Assembly: GCA_964247055.1 (NCBI GenBank) | Contig: OZ176057.1 | Coordinates: 1,240,001 to 1,304,000, forward strand | DNA length: 64,000 nucleotides | From: Paragordius varius | Taxonomy: Eukaryota; Animalia; Nematomorpha | Direction of reading: 5' to 3' | Part shown: positions 12,901 to 26,199 of the stretch, one piece after another | How positions within the stretch are numbered: the stretch's first letter is position 1 | How the letters are laid out: each line of letters opens with the position of its first letter | The notes under the pieces: model-generated | Databases searched by the model: none | The model's input: the letters and a program-made list of their open reading frames with translations, nothing else | Told to the model about the DNA's origin: nothing | Made by a program: the position numbers and the translations under genes

Positions 12901-14019
12901 AAAATTATTGTATCCTATTAACATTTTCTTTTATTCAATAATTTATTGAAAATAAATAGATATAACTTTTTACATATAAATAATAAATATCTTTGATTAA
13001 ATTCTAATATGTTTAGCATACCTTCACTTTTCTCCTGCGATGTACCCGGCACTTTCAAATTATTAGCCAAAAATATATTCAGATTATGAGATAATGTCCA
13101 AATCATATTCGATAAAATTGATGACCATACTACAAGGTATGTCCTTTGAAGAGCATAAAGCTCAGAATGTGTCAAATAAATTATCGATTCTAGAATTACT
13201 ACAAAAGAAGAATTATCTACTGCAATATAAATTTGATAATAAAATATCTTATGAAAATGGCTTGTTTTTTTACATCCATAATCAAATATCCGAAATTGTA
13301 TCAAAAAAAGGATGGTTTGAAAATATATTATTTAATAAAAATGTTTCCGCGGTGAAAATAACTGAGAAACAAGGACACAATTTATCCAAAGCTCCGATCA
13401 ATGAAATAAAAAGTCAGAATTCGGTCCATAATTCAATGGCAAATGGATCTCTTTTCACACAACATAGTATATTTTTTTTTTGAAAAAGCTTGTGATTTTA
13501 AAAAATTTGCAGGCCGAAAAAACGGACGATTGTTATGGTTGATGCCTAATTATTTAAAAGGGAAAGTTCCTAATCACCAGAATCTGGATTGGTTCTTTTA
13601 AATTTTTAGTGGTTTCAAAGCGGTTATATAACATCCACTTAGATTTAAGACCAATATGGCCTTGCCAGCAATATTATTACATTATATAGAGGTTGAGTGT
13701 TTGTAGAAAAGACTAAGCTTTTTAAAATAGTTTAACAATTTCTTCAAATTGGATGTACTCAGAAGGTATGATAATAAGCTTTGTATGTTTTAATTATACA
13801 TTTAATATTTCTTCCAATAATTTTCGCGCGTCTAAATTCACAAAGGCATAAACAACAAATTTTGAGTATGGTTACCTTTTTTAATAAACTCATCGATTAA
13901 AATTGTAATAACAAATCCAGCATGTGAAATTTTGAGATAATGACATATTCATAAACATGGATTTTACAGAATAAAAAATCCTATATTACTTTAATTGATT
14001 GCAACATGAAATATTATTA

Positions 14020-15360
14020 TTACATTACATGTTTTCACTCGTGAGAGCGGTCATGTTATACAACCTGTCTCGCCATAAAACTCTATCTATGGCGTCCTCT
14101 GCATTAAGGTCGTATTCTGCTAGCTCTCTTTTTACTGTATCTATCCATTTCGTTTTAGGTCGCGCACGTCCTCGTTTTCCCTCAACTATATAACCATCTA
14201 TTATTTTTGCAATATAATTAGAATCTCTCCTTTCAATGTGCCCGAACCAACGTAGCCTATTTTTTGCCATTCTTTCCACTATTGATTTAATATCTGTGCT
14301 CCCACGAATAAATCTATTCTCGATTCTGTCCTTTCTTGTTACCCCACACATCATTCTGAGCATTTTCATTTCAGTCACGTTAAAATATCTTCGGATTTTT
14401 TGACACCCCACGTCTGTGAATTATACATCATTGAGGGCTGGACAACTGAACTGTAAATCTTACCTTTCACTCTAACATCAATATTTCGATCGCATAATAC
14501 GCTCGAAATTTTCTTCCAATTTACCCAACTGCTCTTTATTCTTAAATTAATATCATCAGTCAACGAACCATCTGCACTTAGCATAGCTCCCAAATATTTG
14601 CAACTTTCTTTGCCTTTCAGAACCCAACTATCATCAACTACCATTTCATGTTGTGGACCCCCAAAAGTAATAAGTTCGGTTTTTGCTTTGTTTACTTTCA
14701 GACCATATTGATCCAGCATAACAACCCATCTGTTTACCGTTCGCTTTAACTCAGCCAAATCAGACAAGATGATTATGTCATCTGCATACATTAAGTACCA
14801 TCCTGAACTCACATTAACAACCTTGGCTACCTCGTCCATACAAATTATAAAACAATAAGGGGCTGAGTGATGAGCTTTGGTAGACTCCATGCTTTATTGA
14901 AAAGGGCTCTGATAAACCTTGTGGACTTTTAATCCTGGAGGTGTGTGATTCGTACATTTTTTGTAACAACTTAATTATAACTTTTTGGCACCTTTTTACG
15001 ACGGAGACTCCACCAAATAGTTTCTCTAGGAATCCTGTCAAACGCCTTCTCTATATCAATCAAAACCCCGTGTAATTCTTTCTTTTTTTCAATGTGTTTT
15101 TCAATCAACCTCTTAACCGCATGTATAGGATCTACTGTTGACTTTCCTGGCATGAAACCAAATTGATTTCCTTCTATAGATATCATTTTCCTGATTCGCT
15201 TTTCAATTATTTTTTCAAACAATTTCATAGTGTGCGACATAAGTTTTATCCCTTTATAGTTACTACATTCATTTATATCACCTTTTCCTTTAAATAAAGG
15301 CACAGTTGAACTTTCCTCATGAAATATGCTTCTATAAAATTTTATCAATAAATCAAAGGC
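14020..15360 (-). mobile_element. 5'-truncated, frameshifted RTE-clade non-LTR retrotransposon (reverse transcriptase)
   Basis: ORF-track pieces contain KGIKLMSHTMKLFEKIIEKRIR, QFGFMPGKST, DIEKAFDRIPRE, YADD and RLRWFGHIERR (an RTE C-terminal motif), split over four frames, with a short (TAA)-rich 3' tail near 14020. Confidence 0.93.
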
Positions 15361-15654
15361 AACATATTTCTTCTTATCTAAAGAATTTAGCCATATATAA
15401 ATTGTTATTGCGCAATCTCGGCATTTTTGCGTTTATTTTACAGTCCCTTATAGAGGGCCTCAATAATTGATAATTTTCGGAGCCTACATCTAAAAATTAT
15501 TTTTGAAGTTTTCGATTTTTTGGAAGGAAGCATCTAGCTTTTGCCCAAAAAATGATTTGGCATATTTAAGAAATTTGTTTTGTAAAGAAATTACTAAAAA
15601 CCAAAAATAACTTTCTCAAATCATTCCTAAGACAAAATCAAATGCACCAATATA

Positions 15655-15953
15655 TACCATATACAATCGAAATTTACCCTTAAACCATTAATACTCACCC
15701 TTGAACAATTCAAATTCACTCTCGAACAATTCAAATTCACCCTCAAATAAATTATATGTTTTTTAAGATTAAAAATTACCTATATTTTTCAAAAATAAAA
15801 TTGTGTTTAAAATTAAAATCATACTGAAAAAATAATAAACTATGCCATAAAGATATATCTTATTTAATAATGAGTTATATTGTTCGAAAACACATAATTT
15901 ATTTTTAGGGTAAATTTGAATTGTTCAAGGGTGAATTTGAACTTTAAATGGCT
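15655..15953. mobile_element. MITE family A, full copy
   Basis: taccatataca...aaatggct termini, 21-bp subterminal units in inverted orientation, conserved AT-rich core. Confidence 0.85.
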
Positions 15954-16100
15954 TATATACATATATCATCCAAGTTTCCTTTTCTTCAATTTTTTTTTAA
16001 TAAAAAATTGAGTATTAAACCGCCATTTGAAACATTTGTGCGCTTTGATTTTAATATATTAATAATAAGATATCTAATAAATATCTATGAATATTTTTAG

Positions 16101-19100
16101 GAAAAACACAAGATGACGATACTATGATGTCTTTCATTAAAGGTTATTAATTTATTTTATTAACATAATTATTTTTATATAAATTTTAGTACTAATAATA
16201 TTTTGAAACATTCAATATAAATCATACATTTTTATCATTAAATACTAAAATAAAGTATAAATTAAAAGTAATTCTTAAATTTTTTATTACAAGTTTCATA
16301 TATATTACAAAAAATTTATTTTAGATAGTAGTTATATTCAACAACTTTTACAAGACGATGGGAATGGCGATGGAGATAGTAAGGAAACTTCGCAATTAAA
16401 TGTAAGGTTTTAATTAAAAAAACAAATTTTCAAAAAAATTAGGGAATTTTAAACATTCATTCAAGCTTTTAAAACCTTAAAAGATAAAATTATAAAAAAG
16501 TGTATAAAGGCAATTTTTTGAACACAATCATATGCTATGAAATTTTTTAATTTTAAGTTACCTGTTTCTGGAAAAAAAATTTTAAGGAAGAGATGATGTA
16601 TCCTGGTAATACTATGTAATTATTTAGAAAATAAGGTTTGAAAATACTGTTTTATCTATAAAATAAGGCTCTAAGATATTTTTAAGAATTGTACTCTTTA
16701 AAGTAAATTTTCAATTTTTTTTAGGGAAAAATAAAAATGTTTGTAAGTAAACGTATTTATAATAATAAAAATATGATATCTCGTAAAATTTATAAAAAAA
16801 AAGAAAAAAATTTACAATATTTTTAAATTAACATTTTTTAAATGGAACGGATTATCGTTAATATATAATAAAAATTGATTTCACAACAAGAATTTAAGCA
16901 AGAATTTTATTTATCATTATATGGTAGATTAATGTAATAATATTTATGTTGGACAAAGTTTTTTTATAAAAAAATTTTTATGATATAGGAATCTCCAAGC
17001 ATCCCTGTAGGCAATCATGAAAAAAAGCGTAAAGCTTTACAATCTATTCCCATCGATTCAATACTCAAAAGAGGTAAAAACTTTTTAAAAATATTTTTTT
17101 AATTTATATTTTAGAATAATTATTTTAAAAGTTCGATTGTTTTTATATTTTTGAATAATTCGTAATTTACATATGGATTTAATTTGATCTTTTGCAAAAA
17201 AAGAGTTAAAATTATCATTCCAAAAAATTATTAAATAAATTTAAACTCATTTTTACATTGAAATAATTATATTTGTGTGTGTGACCTTTTTATGGATATT
17301 TTATTCATTTTTATTTTATTAGCAGACATCATATTTAACGTATTTTTGGCGCAAAAAATGCAATCTTTGTAGTAAATACTAATTTAATGCAAGAATTGAT
17401 AATTGCTTATTTTAACAAAATTTTTTTATATTTTAATACCTTTTTATAGAAGATATGACGTCCTTTATGCAAGTCCAAAATGTGAACAATACCGAACTTT
17501 TAGCTTACGATATGAGTTGCATGAAATTAAATCAAACCTCTATGATAGATTTTTCTGTGGCCAATCAACAAAAAAATAATGTTTGACCCTAAAAATTATA
17601 TATTATTAAAAATTTTATATAAAAAATATTTTTTAAGTAAAATATTTTGGGATTCCAAGGGTCAGTTTATTGGGTGTTTGCTCAAACTAAGAAATTAATT
17701 AAGATTTATGTTATAAAACATAATTTAATAATATGCTTGACTTAATCTTGAGCTTACAATAAAAATTTATTAATTAAAAAAAGGCAAAAATAATTTTTTG
17801 TGACTCAAATTAATCAAATATAATTAATTATTATAAAAAAAATAAAAACAATATTTCTTAAATTAATAACTTATCATGATAATATTTCCATGGTAAAAAT
17901 TTGCCATTTTATAGTTATAATTTATGATCTATAGAATTTAATTTTTATATTTGATGATTTCAAAAAGTTATTGTATTTCCTTTTAACTTCCATAAAAATG
18001 TTTAGACATCAACATTTCAACCCGAAAAAAAGTCAGTTAACATTAGTCAAAACCGGACATCTTCTCGTCAAACACCTCTTTTAACTATTGATAATTCCAA
18101 CAATTTAAAAATTAATAATAATATGAACAATAATTCAAATAGTACCAATGATATGTCTATGCTAAAATCCATTCTCCGCACAAATTATAACAATAGTAAT
18201 AATAATTTTCACGATAATAATAATGAAAAATTAGCTTGTAATATGACTACGGTAAGGCATAAAAAAATTTTCAATTAACCTAGCGAAAAAAAATTGCTAT
18301 TTTAAAATATTATAAAAACACTTTTTACACACGATTGAATGCGAGTATACTAAATCTTAAAGTATCGAAAAAAATCGTTAAATCATATTTATTTAGTTTG
18401 ATGTAAATCCATTAGTATTATGTGATTATAATCATATAAAAAATTTGGATCTTATATATAACTTAACTATTAATTTAATTAAACCAATATCTCATTACAT
18501 CGATAACTATTAAATCCATAAAACACGCATATATTTTTTGTAAAATTAAATAATTAAGTTATAATGTAAAGTAAGTTAGTTTCAAGCCGCGACTTGTGAA
18601 GTAAATGATAGTGTGTGAATAATTTTACTATATATTTGGTTTTCTTTTTTACAGCCTTTAACTGATTTTATACGGGTTAATGCCCTTCAATCATAGACCT
18701 AAATCGTTAAAATATAAAATAATTATTAAAATTGACAATCTTTTTCTAATTATGATTCGTATTAACTTCGTAAATAATGTAAGATATAAAAATAAATTTA
18801 TTAAAAACTCAAATTTTTGCCCCAAGGCATCATCAGGAGTTGTTAAAAACTGAACTTATTTAAAATTGTAAAACATAAATAAATAACGAAATGTATAACA
18901 AATCAATAATATAAAATTTAAATGGACAAAAAAGTATCACAAAAGAAACCGTTATAATCTCGTATAACGAATGTGGCATATATATAATACAAATATGAAT
19001 ATAAGAAACCTAAACAATAAAAATTCAAAACATGAAAATTAAATATCAATACTATATAACTATATTTTTTATAAAAATTTACCTGTATGTGTATGTCCAG

Positions 19101-19631
19101 TTTTTCTACTCGCCTTTTTAGAGGCAATCTTCTGAGGACTGTAAATAAGGATTCATTATTGATTTGTCACACATTTAAATTTTATTTGTTTTTGTTTTAC
19201 ATTATTTTAAGTTCATTTTTTTAACAATAGATGATGTCATTGGGGGGAAATTGAGTTTTTAAAAGCATTAATTTTATTTTCTACCTTATTCTCGACGTTA
19301 CGAATCTTATTTTACAACCCTTCGTACTTAAGAATTTAATTATTTTTTGGTTTTTTTATGAATAATACTATTTCACATCTTTTTTAATGTACGTTTTTTT
19401 TCGATTTAGGAAATATCATTTTTACCAGACAGTAATTCTACAGTTATAACTGAACGACTTCAACAAAGAAAAAGCCTTGTTTTTCGCCAGAACCGCGCCA
19501 ACTCTACTACCTCTAATAATAATAGCAATCAAAATAAAAATAGAGATAAAAATCGCATCTCTCTGTTTGCTTTTCATGAAAATTATGAGGATATCGAGGA
19601 AGAGGACTCCTTAACTTATAATGAAAATTAA
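16101..19631 (+). CDS. Six phase-consistent exons of an Asn-rich protein of unknown function (5' part lies upstream)
   Basis: Exons 16101-16142, 16325-16401, 16989-17073, 17450-17580, 18006-18251 and 19410-19631 (TAA). All have AG/GT borders, open frames and matching phases (1,1,0,1,0,0), e.g. ESPSIPVGNHEKKRKALQSIPIDSILKR and ERLQQRKSLVFRQNRANS. No recognisable domain. Confidence 0.75.
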
Positions 19632-20430
19632 TATAATATAGATGATGAAAATTATATTTTAATATGCTTTTTTATGATTTTACAGTAAAAATTGAGATAT
19701 ACGGACAAAACGTAAAAATATAAAGACAAAAAAAGACAACCAACCACACTTTTATCAATTTAATTAATCCGACTATAATCATTTAATAAATCGTAAAAAA
19801 TGAATTGATTGTGTTACCAATATCATTTCTATACATATTCTGGTTTGTAATCAAAGATAATAACCATTATGCTGCTATCAAATTGTTACCTAATGTGACG
19901 CCCTATTTTTAAGGAAAAGGGGACATTTGAGCTGTTGATGTGTTCTTGTTTAAAAAATTGAGACACTAGGGTACCTCTATATTAATTTTATAAAAATTTA
20001 TTTTTATTTATTTTAGTGATATTATTTGGAATGCATTTAGCTCTAGCCTAAAAAATTATTTAGCAATTATGTAAGTGTTGCAATTTAGCAATAACTACAT
20101 ATATGTAATTAATGCCCCAAACCAAAATTATAAAAATCTTGTAGATTATCAGAATATATATTTTATCAGGAGGCATAGGCCCCGATTTTGTGCCTAGTGT
20201 TAATCCATGCGAATGATATATTTATACCGCCAATATTACCCTTGTGTCATAATACGTTTATTATTTGAAAATTAATTTTATGCCCTGTTTAATAATATAA
20301 AAGTTCAAATTTAACTCCTTATTTTTTTCAATTTTTTGTATAAAAACAAAACATTCTTCTCATGATAAAAAACTATTTAGATCCAAAACCCAAACGGGTA
20401 TTTTTAATATTGTTATAAAAAATATTTGCA

Positions 20431-20905
20431 ATACTTTAACACTTTATAACCTTTTGGGGTAGTTTAATACAGGTCCTTTTAAAATTTAAATATAAAATAT
20501 ATATAGAATTCCAATTTGAAATAATCTTTCCAGCCTTTTAGGTGCACGATATAAAAAAATATTTTTTTATAAACAGTAAAAAAACCTCATCTCAAACTTT
20601 TTTGCCGCAGACATAAGATGTATAATGGTTAAATGATTTAACTTTAGTAACTAACCTTTATATAACATTTTACCAACAAAAACTTGATATTTATTTTTAA
20701 AATCAGCTGTTTAATTCAGGCGTGTTTTGGAACTCCAATTTTAGACTTTAGAAGCTAAAATACTGTAAAACATATAAGCTTATATATCTAATCCTTGATG
20801 ATTATATTTTAATTATAATAACTTTTAAAACAGTATATTTACAGGATTGAGCTCTGTTATATAAAAACTACCCCAAAAGTCGTCCGGGACTAAAAAGTGG
20901 AAAGG
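20431..20905 (-). mobile_element. Repeat family C copy
   Basis: ttaacacttt...ttggggtagttt left end; cctcatctcaaacttttttgccgc; aaaaactaccccaaaa near the right end. Confidence 0.55.
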
Positions 20906-20925
20906 TTCAGAATATCTAATTAGGC

Positions 20926-21792
20926 TAAAGTGACCAGATAGGCTGTTTTTCGCAGTACAGTACTGGGTTTTCGAAAAAAAACCGCGCCTGTACTGCGCTG
21001 ACTTTTGTACTGCTTTTTGAAATAATTTTTTTTCATAAATATGTTTAATTACCATTTATTTATACAAGTTTTGTTTGTAGAATTCGATAGAGTACCCTTA
21101 GTTAAAATAAATAAATGGTTTTTTTGCTGTAAAAAACTATGGCCTTTAATTTTAATATTTTATTTTCTGCTCTAATTATTCATGGAGTTGAGTTTTGGAC
21201 CGGTCAAATCGCTTATGAATGCAGCCATTCGCGAAGTGGCGGAAACATCAATATCAGACTCCAGATTTAGGCCAACCTTTCACTCAGGGCTTCCGCAAAA
21301 GCGACCTCAAAAATAAACAAAAAATAAATTAATATTTTAGTAAATTTATCTTTTGAAAATTCATTTTGTTTCATATAAGTTTCAGCTAAATTAAATTTAT
21401 TTGAGTTTACTTTAATTATAATTATCAAACGGAAAATTTTTATATTTCCGCAACATATTATTTTTAAAATTCGTTATATTTGGTTTCGATATAACTTTTT
21501 TTTTCTAGGAAAAAAACAACTTTTTTATGTTTTGGGTGGGAGGTATGTTCCTTAATTTTTTGCTTCCCTAAACTTTAATTTTTAGCCAGTTTTCTTTTCA
21601 TTCTATTGTGCATAAACAAATTTATAGACCTATTTTAATTTTGCCACACACACACACACATAATAATTTTTTTTATTAATTCTTTTTATAACAATATCAT
21701 TTAATATAAAACACCGAAAATCCGGTTAAAAAATAGGCAAATTATGTTTTAATTTTGTACTGCGCCAGGGTTCTAAATATCTGGTCACATTA
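20926..21792. mobile_element. Non-autonomous hAT element (Tip100-like) with intact TSD
   Basis: 15-bp TIR taaagtgaccagata / tatctggtcacatta (1 mismatch), perfect 8-bp TSD aattaggc at 20918-20925 and 21793-21800, and subterminal gtactg repeats. Confidence 0.85.
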
Positions 21793-22792
21793 AATTAGGC
21801 TAATAAATATATTTTATGTTTAGAAAATGTAAATTAATTTTAAAAAAAAGCTTTTAGGCTATACAAGCAAATCTTGAATCTACTAATTTTAATAACAAGC
21901 TGTTCTTTTTCATCGTGTTGCTATCCAAATTTTAGGCGGTATAAGTTAGCACCCGGAAATAACACATTTATTTCAGTCTATTGATTTTTATTGAGGTAAC
22001 TAGTGGCCTCAGGCCTGTATAAAATTAAATATGAAAATATGAAACATAAAACCATGGAAAATGTCATTTATATAATGATGAACCAAATTATCAAAAAAAT
22101 TTATTCAGTGTTACTTATTTTATGAATAAAATGAAAGGTGAAGCCCTATATGACGTTTACAATGACAAAGTCATCACCTTTTTTGCTTAAATCAATGTTG
22201 GATGTAATTTTTATAAAAAAATTAATTTAATAAAATAAAACAGGATATTTTGCTAAATGTGAAATATAGCGTTGAATTTGATATGGAACTTTCTTCGAAA
22301 CTAAACTTTAATTAAATAATTTGGCTCATTTCTATAATTTTTGAGAAGCATAATTCAAAATAATACCGCATAATTCAGTAGTTTATTAATAATATTAAGA
22401 TATGGCCTGTGGTCACTAAAAAACTGTAAAGCTTTTTTTATATAATACATGAGGACAATTTTTAATAATTCTATTTTACTATAATATTTTCAAAACAATA
22501 GTTAATTTAAAATTTAAACGGTGGCGTATCAAAAAATAAAAAATAATGTATTTAATTAAATTGTTTATATTAACACTAAATTTTTTATAAAACTGTTGTA
22601 CAGATTAAAAAATCCAAAGAAATAATGGCCTAAATAAGTATGAGTTTATTTTTATTAAATTTTTATTAAATTTTATGTGTTTAAAACGCTAAAAGATGTA
22701 TATTATTTATGGCTTATTTATTTTAATTGAAAAAGCTCTGGAATCTACCCCATAACACGGTGTACACAAAAAATGTCATTAGGAAATATATA

Positions 22793-23123
22793 TACCATTT
22801 ACAGTTAAAATTCACCCTTGAACAATTCAAATTCACCCTCGCACAATTCAAATTCACCCTAAACATAAATTATGTGTTTGAACTAATATAACTCATTATT
22901 TATATAAAATATATCTTTATAGCATAATTTATTATTCTTACAGTATTATTTTAATTTAAAACAAAATTTTATTTTTTAAAAAATATATTAAAATATAGGT
23001 AATTTTTAATCTTAAAAAACATGTTATTTATTTTAGGGTGAATTTGAATTGTTCGAGGGTGAATTTGAATTGTTCAAGGGTGAATTGGAATTGTTTAAGG
23101 GTGAATTTGAACTGTAAATGGTA
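22793..23123. mobile_element. MITE family A, full copy
   Basis: TACCATTTACAG...CTGTAAATGGTA termini inside a TA run; 21-bp units in both arms. Confidence 0.9.
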
Positions 23124-23124
23124 T

Positions 23125-23480
23125 ATATTCCGATAGAAAAATGTATCAGAAATATCATAGTGCTTTTGGTTTTGGAGCTGACAAGGGTTTTAAGAAAGTT
23201 ATAACTTTTGTAGCAAGTGCTATACATCGGAAAATGGCAAAATTTGCGCACAATTATTAAGTTAAATTTTTTTGGCAAAGGCTAAATGTTTCATTCCAAA
23301 AATACCACTAAAATTTATCATACCTAACAAAATTTTTAAAAAAATCAAATTTTTCATGGGCGAAAGTCCCAATTTTTGCTCTTAAAATGGGCTAGTCTAA
23401 AACGCAAAGAGCTTGCGCGATATTTTTAAATACATGCTAAATTTTGATATCAACTAAAAATATTTTTTAAATAATTTCAT
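23125..23480 (+). repeat. Repeat family F, left arm of a long inverted-repeat pair
   Basis: Reverse-complement homology to about 24760-25110 (gatagaaaaatgtatcag...gtgcttttggtt; gaaagtcccaattttt...aaaatgggctagt); another partial copy at about 12130-12260. Confidence 0.7.
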
Positions 23481-23539
23481 ACTTTTTTAATTTAATTTTT
23501 GCACAATTTTGTTTAAGCATTCTTTATATATTTAGAAAC

Positions 23540-24420
23540 ATTATGGAAACTGAATCCCCCTCCAGGAGATTAAAACTCCTCAAGGAATATCAGAGCCCAT
23601 CAAGCATGGAGTCTATCAAGGCTTTATAATATGTATGAAGCCAAAGCTGTTAATAGGTCAGGTTGGTCCTATGTATAACATAATCATCTTGCCTGATTCA
23701 CTGGCTGAGTTAAAGCGAATGGTCAACAGATGGGTTATTATACTGAATCAATATGGTCTGAAAGTAAACAAAGCTTAAATTGAATTTATTACCTTTGGGG
23801 TCCCCAACATGAAATGGAGGTTTATTATGATTGGGTTTATGCAGGGTAAAGAAAGGTGAAATGGGGACAATATTAAATTTATAGAGATAGTTGACCGGCG
23901 ATATTAATTTAAGAATATAGAGCAGTTGTATTGGAAGTAATTTTAAAGCGTGTTATGTGATCAAATATTGATGTTAGAGTGAAAGGTAAGATATACAGTT
24001 CAGTTTACCCAAAATGATGTTTAATTCATACATGTGGGGCATAAAAAAATCCGAATAAAGACATTTTAACGTCACGGAAATGAATGCTTAGAATTATGTG
24101 TGGGGTAACAAGAAAGGACAAAGTTAAGAATAGATATATTCGTGACAGAATTTAAACCAATAATGGAAAATGACAAAAAATAGGCTACGTTTTGGGCACA
24201 TTGAAGGGAGAATTGTAATGCAAAAACAATAGAGTCATATTGTTGAAGGAAAACGAGGACTGGGCGGCCTTTTACGAGATGGATAGACCCGTAAAAAAGA
24301 AAGCTAGCAGAATATGAGCTAAAGGCAGAAGGCGCTATAAATAGAGTTCTATGGCGAGAAGGGAAATTTAATATGACCGCTCTGATGAGTGAAACCTAAT
24401 GTATAATAATAATGGAAACG
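23540..24420 (+). mobile_element. Second, more decayed RTE copy of the same family as 14020-15360
   Basis: Collinear nucleotide homology with the reverse complement of 14020-14960 (aagcatggagtcta, ggctgagttaaagcgaa, atgaccgctct..gagtgaaa); no intact ORF. Confidence 0.85.
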
Positions 24421-24759
24421 GTATAAAAAGGCATTAAGACTTATATAAATACTTTTTTTATATAATTCTATGTTGGTAAACATTTTTATCACCTTAGAAT
24501 TTTAATTTAAAGCTTCATTTGCTTTAAAATTTTGATCAACTTCTGTAGTAAGAAACACAATTTGATTTAAATCTTGAAGATGAACAAATGATTTAAAGTA
24601 TTAGGCGATAGAAATGTTTATGATCATCAAATTATATGGAAAAGTGTTTAGATAATGTCAAAAGCGTTTTTGTTATAATGCCTTAAAATATCATGTACGC
24701 TTTAACACAAATTTGCAAAAGTTATATTTTTGGAAAATGCATTTCAAAAATATTTTTAG

Positions 24760-25110
24760 TTGTTAGTATTTAGCATATATTAAAAGTTTTTATCGCGCAA
24801 GCTTTGCATTTCTGCATTTTTGAGAACACTAGCCCATTTTAGCGAAAAAAATTGGGACTTTCGAAACACACATAAAAAAATTTATGTTTTAATAAATTTA
24901 TGCTTTTTATAGATAGTTTATGATAATTTTTAGTAATATTTTTAAATGATGCATTTAACTTTCGCCAACAAGATATGTGCGCAATTTTTTGATTTTCTTA
25001 TATGGTCTACTTGCCGCAAAAGTGTAGAACCTTTCTTACTTGTAGGCCCTATAACCAAAAGCACGATGAGATTACTGATACATTTTTCTATCAGAATTCA
25101 TCAAAATATT
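24760..25110 (-). repeat. Repeat family F, right arm of the inverted-repeat pair
   Basis: Reverse-complement homology to 23125-23480. Confidence 0.7.
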
Positions 25111-26199
25111 TTTCCTAACTTCCGATTTTGTACACTGTGTAATATGTGTTTGGTACTGCCTAATTAGAGTCTGAAACAATTAAAATGTATAAGATAATAA
25201 GAATAAAAGTTTGGATTATTTACCAATTTTAGTCTTTGGTTTTAGTCCACAAATTTAGTTTTAAGAATTAACCGCAAACATGTACCTTAGCAAATATTTA
25301 AAAATGTAAATTTTTATATTTTTGGTTTAAAGCACAAAATTAAAATAATTTAAATGAATATTTTAATAATATCTATATATATTTTATTGCCCATAGACTA
25401 TTTATTGCAACAAATGTAAATGATCACTTGTTTAGTTTTTCTAAACCGGTCGCTTTGTCGGCGAGGTGTAGTTGGCATATGGATTTTACGGATTAGAAAG
25501 ATTTACAAGTATTATTATTTGATATAATAATTAGTGATGGATTCTTAATATTGATATAACTTTTATTTTATCTCTATTTTTTTATGTATTGCCGCTTATA
25601 TACGCACAAATATTGATGTATAAGTGTTGCACAACTTATTCACATATATTTTATGTATCCAAGTTATATCTGCATATTATTTCATTTTATTTAGTTTATT
25701 ATGTTTTGATGCTAATTCGAGTTTAATAAAATATTTGATTTAAAGTTTTTTATATATATTTTTAGCTTTGGTGATAGGGTTCAAAATTAGTTGTCATTTA
25801 ATTCCCAAATGGATAATATTAAATTATATCAACCTAGTGATTAAACAATGTAAATATTTTGGATTTGAAAATAGGTGTTGTGATAGCCAACATATATTAA
25901 AAGCCTTTTCTAATATGCAGAACTAATTTTTATAACTATCATTATTCATTTTTGTCTAATTATTTATATTGCAACATTGGCTATCATTTCTTGTACAAAA
26001 AAAATATATACAGTATATAGCAAATTCGATTTTTCTAAAACTTTTCCAAACCGAACATTTTATTTAAAGTGTTATAGTATGTGAAAAGTTTTAAAGTAAT
26101 ATATGACAAACCCAATTAATATTTTATTTGTAAAATAATGTGTCATTCAAATATCTAATATGGCTTAGTTTATTATAAACTATCTTTTTGGCAATTTAC

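Noticed and set aside
24381-24400. Second hammerhead (ctgatgagtgaaac)
   Set aside because: There is no room for stem II between CTGATGA and GAAA. It is the diverged 3' end of the RTE copy (compare ctcacgagtgaaaac in the other copy).
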